DNA from: Macrostomum lignano | Taxonomy: Eukaryota | DNA: 64,000 bases | Direction of reading: 5' to 3' | NCBI GenBank assembly: GCA_002269645.1 | Contig: NIVC01002406.1 | Coordinates: 1 to 64,000 of the forward strand | Part shown: piece after piece, positions 22,474 through 35,839 of the stretch | Position numbering within the stretch: the first letter of the stretch is position 1 | Layout: every line of letters starts with the position of its first letter | The notes under the pieces: model-generated | The model's database searches: none | What the model was told of the DNA's origin: nothing | What the model saw: only the letters and a program-made list of their open reading frames with translations | Made by a program: the position numbers and the translations under genes

Positions 22474-24011
22474 TCTCTACCTATAAAAATCAAAACTCTG
22501 TGTGTCTGTGGCCAATTTTGTTCGCTATGGACTCCCAAACCAAATTACACCAAATTTTGCACCCACCCTAAACTCACTACGGAGAATGTCTTAGGCTACC
22601 TTAAAAGTTCCTTAATTTGAGTCTTCCTACCTACAAGTGCAAAAAATTGCTCAAAATTCGCGATTTTTTTACTTAATCCTCCATAGCGCCGCTCCAGTTT
22701 TACTAATCCACTTCAAATTTAACACAATCAATTTTCAAATATTTAACACGATCGTATAAAATTTGGAGTCTCAAAGTCAATCCTAAACGGCGCTGTGCAC
22801 TTTTAAAGTTAGGCTGTTTTTTTTGTCAGCGTAGCAACCACCCTAACCGCCTGCCTCTCTTTCCCAATAAGGGCCCAGAGAGGGTTAATGGGTTTAAAAA
22901 TAGACTACATGCTCCATAGGCCCACAGTTAGTTGGAGGCTGAAACCGAAAGTGGGAGTTTGGGTCAGACAAACTAGCTTGGGGGCAAAAGAAGGTACTTC
23001 TATTGAATCCAGGGAGATGTGCAAAGTGGGGTTTAAAAATTGACTAATTTTGGCTGCCATAAGTTTGCTTTACCCAAAGCGATTGACTTCAAACTTGACA
23101 CAATTCTTCATTGACTCATTTTCTGTAAATTGAAGTGGTGTAAGGGGAGATGAGAAATGAGAGATGAGAGATAGAGGATAGAGGAGAGTGGAGAGAGAAA
23201 AGAGGAGACAAGAGGGAGAGAGTATAGAAGAGGGAAGAGAAGAGAAGAGAAGAAAGGAGAAAGGAAAGTGAGGAGTCAATAGAGGGGAAAGAAACAGTAC
23301 AGAGAAGGGAGATGAAAGAACATAAAACAGTAAAGATGACCGATGAAAGAGAGGGGATGAGAGAGCAGAGACGAGAGTGAACAGACGAGAGAAGAGAAAG
23401 TAGAGAGAAGAGAACAGAGGAGAGATAAGAGAGAAGAGTTTACAGAGACGAGAGGAAAGATGAGAGACAAAGGGAGAGGGGGGAAGAGAGATAGGAGAGG
23501 AGAGATAAGAGAGAGAGGATCAGAGAGAAATTAGAAAAGAAAAGAGAGGAGAGGAGAGAGAAAAGAAGAGAGAGAAGAGATGAGATAAGAGAGATGAAAG
23601 AGAAGAAAGATGAGGGAAGGTACGAGAGAAGAGGGAAGAGAGGAGAGAGGAGAGAGAAAAAGGAGAAAAGAGACGAGGGACAAGAGAAAAGAGGAAACAG
23701 AAGGGAAGATAGAAGTTTCAAACGATCCAAGGGACGTAGGGAGAGTCAGAGGCAGAGGCCAGAGTTTGCCAATACATGTCAGACAGACATTGCCCGACAT
23801 TCTGCGCAGCACCCTGCAGCCGCCAACAATATCAACTGTTTGCCTCAAATCCTAATTTTACACGATTGTACTCCATTTTATGTTTACCTCTATCCTACTA
23901 ACTATTAACAAGTTTTTGCCTGAGTATGGCCTTGGATTTCAGAATACATGCAAAAATAGTTCCACGGATTAGAATTTCCCGGGTTCAAAATCTGCGGGTT
24001 TCAACAGCTTT
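22474..24011 (+). mobile_element. Non-autonomous Helitron-like element, AG-rich family, copy 1
   Basis: A|TCTCTACCTATAAAAATC 5' end, conserved about 600-bp block, purine-rich low-complexity core (about 23130-23700), 3' block ending CCCGGGTTCAAAATCTGCGGGTTTCAACAGCTT; homologous to the copies at 52091-60854. Confidence 0.75.
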
Positions 24012-24052
24012 TCGTAATATAAATAAGCTTTGTTTGACTTTTGCAGTCTATA

Positions 24053-25099
24053 CAGGGAAGCCTCTATGGTCGCTGCGCTCTCCAGGAAGGGACACTCACC
24101 CACCCCACCCCACTCCGCTATACGAGTTTAGGGGCATGGTATAGAATGAATGAAATGATGCTACTGCTTATCGATTTCTCGCTAGAGCAGTTTGTACGCG
24201 AACTTTTGTAACACCTCTCGTATTTCATAGCTTGCTAACTGGAAAAAGAATATATACACAGCCGGAGCTTCCCCGAAAGTGGACAGCAGCAGAGTTGGAG
24301 AAGTTGTTGCGCAGCGATCCAAAGCACAACCGGATCTGCTCGCTGCATTTTTCGGAAAGGTTATTTGTAACAAACTCTCAGGACTCCAACTCCAGCTGTA
24401 AGCGCTCCGCATTTGCAAATGCAGATCGACAAGAAGCAAAGAAGCTGAAAAATGGACGGTTGAATTCTGATGCCGTACCCAGCATCTTTCCAAACGCGCC
24501 ATTCTACTTCAGCAAGTGTTCCGAGGAGCGACCTGCCACAATGATATCTGCTTAGACTCGGCGAGAGAGTGCCATGCGTCGCTGCGAGGATAAGGCAGAA
24601 ACATTTTGAAGTCAAAACTATCTGAGAAATGAGCTATAGCTCTGATGTATACCCGTAGTAGACTTAGCTTTTGTTATAGAGTCATACTCGTACAAAGTGC
24701 TATTTTCATACAGCATACCCCAGCACTTTTCTGCTCTGTAGGTAAGTTAATTTCACTCTCTTTTGCTAAAGTATCACCTAAGAGTAATCATTTCATTTTT
24801 GTTGCATGGCCCGAAGGGTTGTAAAGTATTTTTCTCGCACTAACAAAACGAAAGTTTTTTGAATAATACAAATTAACCTTGGAGACCTAATATAAAGTTC
24901 TGAATGTTTTGCGTTGAATAGTGCAAACCGTATATTTCTATGACTTTTAGTTAAAAAGTTATCAGTCATAGAAATGAAAAAACATTGCATTTTTCTATTC
25001 ATTCACTGCTTTCAAATTGGGATTTTACCCTTAAACTTGTATGCTGCCTAAACTAGTGTGCCTTTCTGGGGAACTAAGCGACCATAGGAGGCTTCCCTG
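24053..25099 (+). mobile_element. Non-autonomous P-superfamily element with THAP-domain remnant
   Basis: TIRs CAGGGAAGCCTC(C)TATGGTCGC at both ends, perfect 7-bp TSD GTCTATA (24046-24052, 25100-25106); internal RICSLHF...RLNSDAVPSIFPNAPFYFS (THAP C-terminal half and AVPTIF box). Confidence 0.88.
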
Positions 25100-25235
25100 G
25101 TCTATATGACCCATAGACTTAGGCAAAACGCAGCCAAGACCCCTTGCAGGCGGCGCATGGAGGATTCTCAGTTTGGATGGCTTATTCTCAGTTAGGCTGA
25201 CAAGCTATTTAGCTTTTGTCAGCCAAGTTAAGAAT

Positions 25236-25399
25236 CAGTGGCGGATCTAGAGTTTCATTTTGGGGGGGGGCGGTCCAAGTTTGGAGCGCCAATTTTTAGC
25301 TTAGGGCGCAAAAATGCGTGTAGGGGGAGAAAAGTCAAGCTTAGGGGCGCTAAAAAGTTTTTTTTGGGGGGGGGGCGCCCCCCCCCAAATCCGCCCCTG
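25236..25399. mobile_element. 164-bp hAT-type MITE
   Basis: Ends CAGTGGCGGATCT...AAATCCGCCCCTG; 8-bp flanks TTAAGAAT/TTGAGAAT (7 of 8 identical). Confidence 0.75.
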
Positions 25400-26377
25400 T
25401 TGAGAATTAAGCCAACCAAGTTGAGAATTCCCATTGGCAACAGTACATTTGGTCTTGCCCATAGACATGCCAGTGGACACAGCGCTGCCCTTGCCCAACG
25501 GTAACGGAATATATTTTGTGGTCAGACGTAGCAAACTGCAGCAATCAGGCGCTGGCGATCTGCGAGCGATGTTGCTGCAGGCATTCTGCGTTTATTCTGC
25601 ACGGCTGCGACTGATTCTCAATTTGGCTGGCTTAATTTTTATCAACTTAGTTGGCTTTATCTGTGGATAAGGACTGTTGGCAAATGGGAATTCTCAACTT
25701 GGTTGACAAAAAAAGCAATACTAAAATGTATATGCGAATTTTGGCGAGTGAGAGGCTATTAGTATCGGCGGTTACCCTCAGTTTTGGGGATGGGGGATGG
25801 TTGTCAGTCTCCTGATTGGTGGTGATTCTCACTTCAAACTTGATTCTCCTCCCCCTCACCCTAGTGTTATGCCTACCGATTATATCGTCTTCAGCTGTCA
25901 GGTTACCGAGCATTTTCATATCACTTTAAATGAACAGCAAACATGATGCATTCTCCCGGGACTTTTATCTAGTTGTTTAACTATGAAAAGCTAGGCAAAC
26001 AGACTAGATTTAGCTAATTTAAAAATAAGCTCAATGCTTTAAACCCCTACTATAGGTTACATTCAAACAACGTAATGCCATAAAGATTCGAATAGCCAAT
26101 GATTTATAACCCACTAAACTAAGTATAAGCGAAAAGAAAAGATGAAAAAATGTTTATACTGAAAATTAATTTAAGCTTAATGATGAAGTTTATTTTGCAT
26201 AAAGGTACGTAAATGCGTAGGTAAGTATACCTACGCAACAATCTTAATTTATTTTCGTTCAGGTGACATTATAAGAAAGAATGCTGTGCACACCTAACTT
26301 AATTATTACACATAATTGAACTTGAAGTTAAAGGTAATGCATTGCTCGGTAATACATATATACAAAATAATTTTTTT

Positions 26378-26852
26378 TCAGATTGGTTTGTCGAGGGCAT
26401 CAATAATTAACTTTGCCAGCTGAAAGCGTGACCTTTTCGGCTGGGCAGAAGCGCATTCGTTTAAGTAGTCCCCAACCTGCTGGGAATCAGCGATCTGGTC
26501 ATTTAATAGGCTGAGTCGCAGCATGCTACATGCATGCAGTAGGTTCCAGTCGGACAGCCGATGATCGCAGACCTCATCGACTTTGGCTTTGCTCCCATTG
26601 GTAGTGTGATGCTGCCTGCTGACGTAACTGTTCAGCTGCAGTGTGTCGACAACTATTACATTAGAAAGATCAACCAACGTCACGGTTCGAGTGTCAGGGT
26701 AGACAGCAAAATTAGCAAGATCCCAGTCGTTGAGGTAAAGTGAAAAGCCTGTGTCACTCGCCGTGAGCTTTATGGCCAGCTGTAAAATGCGCATCGATAA
26801 AAGCAGACGCTCCGATAATGGGGCAGTCAGATAATCTGTGGCTGACCTGCCT
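26378..26852 (-). CDS. DIPK2A: Divergent protein kinase domain 2A (C3orf58/DIA1), exon 3
   Basis: Acceptor cttcag| at 26853, phase 2; FSLYLNDWDLANFAVYPDTRTVTLVDLSNVIVVD kinase-like catalytic region; TGA at 26380-26378. Confidence 0.9.
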
Positions 26853-27135
26853 CTGAAGAGTTTTAAGATGTAAGCAAACGCTTAAATTATCGAAAGTTTA
26901 GTCATAAGTATATGATACAAGACAAAAATTACAATACTAAAAAGTGTAGTGTTCTACTTCCCACAAAAAGCATAAAAAATGTTAATATACTACTTACACA
27001 TTTAATTCAGTAGGATAAGTATGGGGAATAAAAATAAGTACTGAATCACATGCGTAATTTTGTGAACCAATCATAAGAAGGCACAAGTCATAAAAAGCTA
27101 TTTTTGCAACCAACCAATAATGTGTGACCTACAGT

Positions 27136-27936
27136 TGTCAGTTCGAAACCCCATCAGCGATTTATCATTCGGCCTGCACCGAATGAACCAATTAAAAGTA
27201 ACCCAGGTGCGGTAACCAATCATTCGCTTTTACAGTAGACTAGTTGCTTAACTTTCTACCCTGTCATGCTTGGCAGCAACCAAAGCGTGAACCTTTGACA
27301 AGAAATATCCCGACGACCTCACGTGGGGTCCGATTCTCTATAAATACAAGTGGTCCGAGCGGACCGGAGCCTCAGAATCTTCCAGAGAGAAGGAGCTCCG
27401 AAGAGGAAGCCAGACTTCCTTCAGACCAAGTCAACCAGGACTCGGCTGAGTTATTTGCGGTAAGCCTTACTCATTTGCGCTGGTAGTTGAGTCGACTTAA
27501 ATTGATATTGTGACCGAGTCTGTTTGAGACTCCATTGGTTGTAGTCTCCAGAAGGACTACCCTGATAGCCCATAGAAGACTATCAGTGATTACCGCAGCT
27601 ATACCTAGAGTGGATTTAGCCACTGCTAGAAGGAAAAGGCTTATTTAAAACCGCAGCGCAGCGCAGGGATCCCCGTTGTTAATTTGAAGCTCCTATTGGT
27701 CCGAACTACAGATACCGGCCGAAAACGACTTCGTTGGAAGTAAAAAAGACCAGAACAACTAAATCAAGACGTCTAAACTGATTAAGATCGAGAACTACGC
27801 ACCGGAACAGCTCTACTGATCAGGACTTAAGGTAATAGATACCTTCATTTTATTACTGAGTTGCCTAGCAGTAAGCTAGAAGTGATTGTTTCTTAATTAC
27901 TAAGAAAGATGTGTTGCTTACTAATTAAGGAACACA
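27136..27936 (+). mobile_element. Possible solo-LTR-like fragment in DIPK2A intron 2
   Basis: GC-richer island starting TGTCAG with TATAAATA near 27338 and donor-like GTAAG motifs; no TSD or second LTR found. Confidence 0.3.
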
Positions 27937-29641
27937 TCAAAAGTTCAATTCAGAATGATGATATTGTAGATTAGAGTTGGAAATGTGGACGCTATAAACC
28001 GCAAGACCGATGGATTTTGTATAAATATTATTTACGATAATCACAACGCGCTATTAGACTGACGATATGGCCCAAATACATTATATTAAATAGCTCATAC
28101 AGGCAATATCTGCTCCGATTTTGTTTCTTTGGCCTTGAGAAAACCTATGCCATCGACGATGATTCAGAATTATTATCCTATTAATCCAGTAGCTTGGCCT
28201 GCATGGCTCACGATCTATTTATCTGGCTTTATTTAGCTCATCTATTTAGAACGCTAATTTAGCGGGGTCAAATAAATAAAAATCAAAGCATGCATGCAGA
28301 GTGTCCAAGTGAGCGATAAATTTAATTAACGGGCTCAAGGCTGGTCCAAGCTGGGGTTTAAAAACTCGATATCAATATATCAATAGTTCTTCCTTTGCTT
28401 CTTCTTAAGCAGTTTATTGGCGTAAAACGATATTTTAGACGACAATACAGAATATAGTGAATGATTTTTCAAGTGTGATACGAGTACGAAAAATGATGTT
28501 TCCTTGTAAGAAAACTTTCTGAAAAAGCGTACCGTACAATCACCCAACTATGACGCTCTGCGTCCTAGAAAGTAGATTGGGTTGGACAGGTGCATGCTGC
28601 ATCGTCCTTACTATATTTATCTGTGTAGCTCCTGGACGTTTTTTGATTCTGAATTGAAAACCCGGAGTCAAATCGTTTGGTCTAATGGCTACCCAATAAG
28701 CTTGGTTGACTGGATCATCAATTCGCTTAATTGAAAAAGTTGCTCGGAATTCTGTTCTGATACAGCATCCAAGAGACCAGTAATTCTGATAAAACGATTA
28801 TTCTGCCATTTATTGGTGTTGCGTCCATTCAGTTCAAGAAGTTTGAACTGCTTAAGGGCTTTTCTAAGAGCTTTTGACAAAAGCGGTTTATTTTTCGAAA
28901 ATAAAGATGTTTGTTCCCCGTGCTTAAATGTGTCTCGTTTAAAAGTTTTGCTGCTTTGGTAATCAGAGTGTCTCCTATGTCGGGAAAACCAAAAGAAACA
29001 TGCATCCCAGGGCTGGAGAACACTGGATAAAAAACTTTGCGATAAATGACCACTTAATTTGATTCAAAGATTGTGATTGTTAGCTCATTGACCTGTTTTG
29101 AACTATTTATCGTTGCAACTCTGACTTTAAACTTATATATTAGAGGCATTTTGCATACTAAGAAGCTTAGTCCAAGCCTATTGTAGTGACTGGCTGCAAA
29201 CTAGTTATTTAGCAGCATTCACTAGCTTATCCTAAGGACTCTGTGTTCCGCTGCACAGCAGCCCAGTCCGCCTGATCTAAGGAGAGATACCCTGTGCTGG
29301 ACCTGTGTTTACTGTCTGATGAATCATCGCCAGAGCAGGCGTGTGGGTAGCCACACACAATATTTTCCCAACCCGCGCTGAAGAGGCAAAGCAGGATGAC
29401 TCACCCGATGCTCTCCCGCGCGCGGAGTGTAAACTGTAAAGGCTGCCTAGAGGGAGTAAACAGGATGACACATCAGCCCAAATCTATTTTTAGCACATAA
29501 ACTAGCAATCTTCGCCCCCCGTTGGGGGACATCTGGATAGAATCTCTGTTCTCTACAAGTAACAAAAAGACAGCCAAATAAAGCCTTCAAAAAGACAACA
29601 GACAAACTGCTCAAATAAAGTGCAATGCAAAAAGAAATCAT

Positions 29642-29830
29642 CCCAAGACAGCAAGCATCCCCCAGATAGCAAGCATCCCCCAGATTGCAAGCATCCCCCA
29701 GATAGCAAGCATCCCCCAGATAGCAAGCATCCCCCAGATAGCAAGCATCCCCCAAATAGCAAGCATCCCCCAGATAGGAAGCATCCCCCCTCCCAGATAG
29801 CAAGCATCCCCAAATAGTAAGCATCCACCA
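29642..29830. repeat. 18-bp minisatellite (CAGATAGCAAGCATCCCC), about 10 copies
   Basis: Directly visible. Confidence 0.95.
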
Positions 29831-29924
29831 GACAATAAGTAGCTAGTGCAACAATTTCCTTAGCTCTATAGTGGCTCCTTTAAAATTGGCATGACGATTA
29901 CTTTTACGTTTGAAATTGTGTATC

Positions 29925-31645
29925 TTTTATGTTTGACATGGTGGCTCTTTAATGTTTGACATGGTGGCTCTTTAATGTTTGACATGGTGGCTCTTTTATG
30001 TTTGACATGGTGGCTCTTTAGTGTTTGACATAGTGACTCTTTAATGTTCGACATGGTTTCTCTTTAATGTTTTGACTTTGTGGCTCTTTAATGTTTGACA
30101 TGGTGGCTCTTTTATGTTGGACATGGTGGCTCTTTTATGTTGACATCGTGGCTCTTTTATGTTCTAAATGGTAGCTCTTTTATGTTTGATTCGGTGTTTT
30201 TTTAATGTCTGACATGGTGTCTCTTTAATGTTTGACATGGTGGCTCTTTAATGTTCGACATGGTGGCTCTTTAATGTTCAAAATGGTGGCTCTTTTATGT
30301 TTGACTTGGTGGTTCTTTTATGTTTAACATGGTGGCTCCTTTTTGTTCGACATGGTGGCTCTTTAATGTTTGACATGGTGGCTCTTTAATTTTCGACATG
30401 GTGGCTCTTTCATGTTCGACATGGTGGCTGTTTTATGTTTGAAATGGTGGCTCTTTAATATTTGACAAGGTGGCTCTTTAATGTTGGACATGATGGCTTT
30501 TTAATGTTCGACATAGTGGCTCTTTAATATTCTACATGGTGGCTTTTTTAATGTTCGACATGTTCGCTTTTTAATGTTCTTCAGGGTGGCTGTTTTATGT
30601 TCGAAATGGTGGCTCTTTAATATTTGACAAGGTGGCTCTTTAATGTTTGACATGGTGGCTTTTTAATGTTAGACATGGTGGCTCTTTAATATTTGACAAG
30701 GTGGCTCTTTAATGTTTGACATGGTGGCTCTTTAATGTTAGACATGGTGGCTCTTTAATGTTAGAGATGATGGCTCTTTAATGTTCGACATGGAGTCACA
30801 TATATGTTCTACATGGTGGCTCTTTTATGTTTGATTCGGGGTTTTTTAATGTCTGACATGATGTCTCTTTAATGTTTGACATGGTGGCTCTTTTATGTTT
30901 GACATTGTGGCTCCTTAATGTTTGACATGGTGGCTCTTTTATGTTCTACATGGTCGCTCTTATATGTTTGAGTCGGGGTTTTTTAATGTCTGACATGATG
31001 TCTCTTTAATGTTTGACATGGTGGCTCTTTAATGTTTGACATGGTGGCTCTTTAATGTTTGACTTGGTGGCTCTTTTATGTTTGACATGGTGGCTCTTTT
31101 ATGTTTGACATGGTGGCTCTTTAGTGTTTGACATAGTGACTCTTTAATGTTTGACATGGTGGCTCTTTAGTGTTTGACATAGTGACTCTTTAATGTTTGA
31201 CATGGTGGCTCTTTTATGTTTGACATGGTGGCTCTTTAGTGTTTGACATAGTGACTCTTTAATGTTCGATATGGTGGCTCTTTGATGTTCGACATGGTGG
31301 CTCTTTAATGTTTGACATATTGTGGCTCTTTAATTTTTGACATGATGGCTCTTTTATGTTCGACATGGTCGTTCTTTTGTGTTTGACATGGTGGCTCTTT
31401 TATGCTTGACATGGTGGCTCTTTACTGTTTGACATGGTGGCTCTTTAGTGTTTGACATAGTGACTCTTTAATGTTCGACATGGTGGCTCTATAATCTTTG
31501 ACATTGTGCTTTTTTGTGGTTAGCATTTCGTGTTTTTAAGGTGTTTTAATAAAAAAAATAATGTTAGACATGATGGCTCTTTAATGTTCGACATGGAGTC
31601 ACATATATGTTCGACATGGTGGCTCTTTAATGTTTGACATTGTGT
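29925..31645. repeat. 23-bp minisatellite (TTTGACATGGTGGCTCTTTAATG), roughly 75 diverged copies
   Basis: Directly visible; copy number estimated from length. Confidence 0.95.
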
Positions 31646-32389
31646 TTTTTTTGTGTTTAGAATTTCGCGTTTTTAAGGTGTTTTAATAAAAAAATCTTTT
31701 TGCACTACTAAGATTCGAACCCAGGTCGCCCAGTCCAGTCTGTTCGCATCTATGCTATCTCTTGTCAATTGGAGAACATGAATTGTGGCCCTTATAATTA
31801 AATTCTTATAGCAAATCGGTTAGAGTAAAAAGTTATGACACAATCAATTTCTCAGTCAGCCAGTATCAGTGTCAATTTAAGTTAGAAATTTTGTTACGCC
31901 ATTTCAATCAAGTTGTGTGTGCATTTCTTCGGCACTGTTTTCAACTGGTTGTGATGTAATCTTTATCAGAATTGAAATTCAGTCAGTCAATGTTTTCTCT
32001 AGCATTCTTACAATGCATTTCAAGTCGAAAATTTTGCTTGACCTTTGCAAAAAAGCATGTTTTTCGAATATTTAATCCCTTTAACATTGAGCAATTTCTT
32101 AGCCAAGATGCATGTACCGTCCCAGGAAAATTTCTGATCGAATGGTGCAAGTGTTGCAAGAAGTTAGTTCATGGAAAACAATAAAAAAGCACATTTTCTT
32201 AAACACCAATTCCTTCTTCACTTTTAAAAATCACCTTATTCGTGTAAAATTGTCACGGACAAAGATGTTTGCAAAGTGAAAGAATTACTTTTTCTCTAAA
32301 ATTAACAAACAGACAACAAAATATAGCTTCCCATAAATAGAAAATATTCCCAAGACAGCAACCACCCCCCTCCAAAAGTAAACAAACGC

Positions 32390-33400
32390 AGATAGCAAGC
32401 ATCCTCTAGTGCTCATAGCAAGCATCTGCAGATAGAAAGCATCTGCAGATAGCAAGCATCCCCCAGATAGCAAGCATCACCCCAGATAGCAAGCATCTGC
32501 AGACAGCAGCAAGCATCCCCCAGATAGAAGCATCCACCCAGATAGCAAGCATTCTGCAGATAGCAAGCATCCCCCAGATATTGTTGAAGCATCCACCCAG
32601 ATAGCAAGCATCCTGCAGATAGCAAGCATCCCCCAGATATTGTTGAAGCATCCACCCAGATAGCAAGCATCCTGCAGATAGCAAGCACCCCCCAGATATT
32701 TTGGAAGCATCCTGCAGATAGCAAGCACCACCCAGATAGCAAGCATTCTGCAGATAGCAAGCATCCCCCAGATATTGTTGAAGCATCCACCCAGATAGCA
32801 AGCATCCTGCAGATATCAAGCATTCCCCAGATGTTGTTGAAGCATCCACCCAGATAGCAAGCATCCTGCAGATAGCAAGCACCCCCCAGATATTTTGGAA
32901 GCATCCTGCAGATAGCAAGCACCACCCAGATATTATAGAAGCATCCTGCAGATAGCAAGCGCCCCCAAGTAATTATTTAAGCATCCACCCAGATAGCAAG
33001 CATCCTGCAGATAGCAAGCGCCCCCAAGTAATTATTTAAGCATCCACCCAGATAGCAAGCATCCTGCAGATAGCAAGCATCCCCCAGATATTGTTGAAGC
33101 ATCCACCCAGATAGCAAGCACCCCCCCAGATAGAAGCATCCACCCAGATAGCAAGCATCCTGCAGAAAGAAAGCACCCCCAGATATTATAGAAGCATCCT
33201 GCAGATAGCAAGCACCCCAAGATATTATAAAAGCATCCACCCAGATAGCAAGCATCCTGCAGATAGCAAGAATCCCTAAATAGCAAGCATCAATAGATAG
33301 AAAGAATCCCATACATGTAGCCAGTATACCCCCACCCTCCCAAATAGCAAGTATCCCCCCTCGAGAGCAAGCATCCTCCAGATAGCAAGCATCCACGAGA
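32390..33400. repeat. 18-bp GATAGCAAGCATC-family array with higher-order variants
   Basis: Same core as 29642-29830, interleaved with GATATTGTTGAAGCATCCACCCA variants. Confidence 0.93.
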
Positions 33401-33599
33401 CAGCAAGTAGCTAGTGCAAATGTTACCTCCGCTAAAGCAATAATCGCTTTCTCAGGTTGTGCAAAAATCCACATCTCAGCGAGCGCAATAGTCTCTTTTT
33501 TAGACAGCGCAATAATCAGCTTCTCAGCTAGTGCAATAATCCTTTACTCATCAAGTCCAAAAATCGATGTCTGGGATAGTGCAATAGCCATTTCTAATC

Positions 33600-35150
33600 T
33601 AGTGCAATAATCCTTGGTTTATCAAGTGCAATAATCCTTGGCTTATCAAGTGCAATATTCCTTATTATCAAAGCGCAATAATCCTTGGCTTATCAAGTGC
33701 AATATTCTTTACTATCAAGTGCAATAATACATGGCTTATCAAGCGCAGTAATCCTTGGTTTATCAAGTGCAATAATCTTTGGTTTATTAAGTGCAGTAAT
33801 CCTTGGCTTATCAAGTTCAATAATCCTTGGTTTATCAAGTGCAATAATCCTTGGTTTATCAAGTGCAATAGTCTTTGGCTTATCAAGTGCAATAATCCTT
33901 GGCTTATCAAGTGCAATAATCCTTGGCTTATCAAGTGCAATAGCTCGTAATCCTTGGTTTATCAAGTGCAATAATCCTTTGTTTATCAAGCGCAGTAATC
34001 CTTGGTTTATCAAGTGCAATAATCCTTGGTTTATCAAGCGCAGTAATCCTTGGCTTATCAAGTGCAATAATCCTTGGTTTATCAAGCGCAGTAATCCTTG
34101 GCTTATCAAGTGCAATAATCCTTGGCTTATCAGGTGCAATAATCCTTGGCTTATCAGGTGCAATAATTCTTGGTTTATCAAGTGCAATAATCCTTGGTTT
34201 ATCTAGCGCCATAATCCTGGTCTTTTTAATCCTTTGTTTATCAAGTGCAATAATCCTTGGCTTATCAAGTGCAATAATCCTTGGTTTATCAAGTGCAATA
34301 ATCCTTTGTTTATCAAGCGCAGTAATCCTTGGTTTATCAAGTGCAATAATCCTTGGTTTATCAAGCGCAGTAATCCTTGGCTTATCAAGTGCAATAATCC
34401 TTGGCTTATCAGGTGCAATAATCCTTGGCTTATCAGGTGCAATAATTCTTGGTTTATCAAGTGCAATAATCCTTGGTTTATCTAGCGCCATAATCCTGGT
34501 CTTTTTAATCCTTTGTTTATCAAGTGCAATAATCCTTGGCTTATCAGGTGCAATAATCCTTGGCTTAAAAGTGCAATAATCATTGGCTGATCGAGTGCAG
34601 TAATCCTTGGCTTATCAAGTACAATAATCCTTGGTTTATCAAGTGCAATAATCCTTGGCTTATCAAGTACAATAATCCTTGGTTTAGCTCGTATCAAGTG
34701 CAATAATCCTTGGCTTATCAAGTACAATAATCCTTGGTTTATCAAGTGCAATAATCCTTGGCTTATCAAGTGCAATAATCCTTGGTTTATCAAGCGCAGT
34801 AATCCTTGGTTTATCAAGCGCAATAATTATTGGCTTATCAAGTGCAATAATCCTTTGTTTATCAAGTGCAATAATCCTTGGCTTATCAAGCGCAGTAATC
34901 CTTGGCTTATCAAGTACAATAATCCTTGGTTTATCAAGTGCAATAATCCTTGGCTTATCAGGTGCAATAATCCTTGGCTTATCAAGTGCAATAATCCTTG
35001 GTTTATCAAGTGTAATAATCTTTGGCTTATCAAGTGCAATAATCCTTGGCTTATCAAGCGCAGTAATCCTTGGTTTATCAAGTGCAATAATCCTTGGTTT
35101 ATCAAGTGCAATAATCCTTGGTTTATCTAGCGCCATAATCCAGGTCTTTT
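33600..35150. repeat. 24-bp minisatellite (ATCAAGTGCAATAATCCTTGG[C/T]TT), roughly 65 copies
   Basis: Directly visible; explains the (ALDKPRII)n, (LLHLISQG)n and (KCNNPWLI)n ORFs. Confidence 0.95.
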
Positions 35151-35204
35151 TAATTAGTCCTTTAGTAAAAGCTTTCAATGAAAAAAATTATGCTACTTTT
35201 TTCA

Positions 35205-35270
35205 TACACTACTAAGATTCGAACCCAGGTTGCTGCATTAGCAGTCTAGTGTGTTCACATCTAGGCTAGC
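35205..35270 (-). other. tRNA-derived (Pol III A/B box) segment inside the Helitron-like unit; paralog at 31700-31755
   Basis: Minus strand TAGCCTAGATG...GACTGCTAATGCAG...GGGTTCGAATCTT; B-box GGTTCGAATC at 35225-35216 and 31721-31712; no complete cloverleaf. Confidence 0.5.
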
Positions 35271-35839
35271 TCTTATTGAAATTATAAATGAATTTGTAGC
35301 ACTTATATAATTCAACACTCACACCAAGTCAATTGAGTATAAGTCACACGAATCAGTTATGACATAATCAATTTCTTAGGCAAGTCAGTACCAGTTTCTA
35401 TTAAAGTTAGCAATATGGTTATGCAATATAAATTAAGTATTGTGCTAGGCTTCCACACTGCGTTTTCAATACTGTGACGCAATTCAATTCAGTGTCAAAA
35501 TTCAGCCAGTACACAGAGTGAATAAATAAAAAGCCTGGTGTGATGCAATCTATTTCAGAATCAGAATTCAACCAGTCAGTTTTTTCTCTAGCATTCTTAC
35601 AATGCATTTCAAGTCGAAAATTTTGCTTGACCTTTGCAAAAAAGCATGTTTTTCGAATATTTAATCCCTTTAGCATCGAGCAATTTCTTAGCCACGATGC
35701 ATGTACCGTCACGGAAAAATTTCTGATCGAATGGTGCAAATTCGAAGAAAATCGGTTGAGCCTTTTGGGAGATAATCGATTTCGTACAAGCAAGATTTTC
35801 ATTTTTAGTATATGGAAAGCACGTGACTGCGCATGTATA

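Larger units (their letters stand above)
29502..35816 (-). mobile_element. Compound Helitron-like element(s) carrying satellite arrays (unit A about 29502-32160, unit B about 32290-35816)
   Basis: Minus-strand 3' end CCCCCAACGGGGGG hairpin + CTAG|T at 29502; 5'-like end TCCATATACTAAAAATG near 35816; shared blocks 31690-32150 and 35200-35750, part of which also recurs at 41630-41750. Confidence 0.65.

Noticed and set aside
25895-25920. ATGAAAATGCTCG|gtaacc (minus strand) as a first IMP1 exon
   Set aside because: Phase 1 donor fits neither the phase 0 acceptor (22375) nor the phase 2 acceptor (22344).
28689-29053. Possible LINE ORF1 or Penelope RT remnant on the minus strand (FIRITGL.., IYRK)
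   Set aside because: Only isolated short motifs; too weak to assign.
29300-29400. Hammerhead-like CTGATGA (29316) and CTGAAGA
   Set aside because: No correctly placed GAAA or stems I-III.
29447-35178. Long repetitive ORFs such as (GDACYL)n, (ALDKPRII)n, (LLHLISQG)n, (KCNNPWLI)n
   Set aside because: By-products of 18- and 24-bp monomers lacking stops; open in several frames on both strands, broken by indels, no codon-position bias.
31700-35270. Functional tRNA genes at the two B-box segments
   Set aside because: Acceptor and D stems do not pair; they are tRNA-derived repeat parts.
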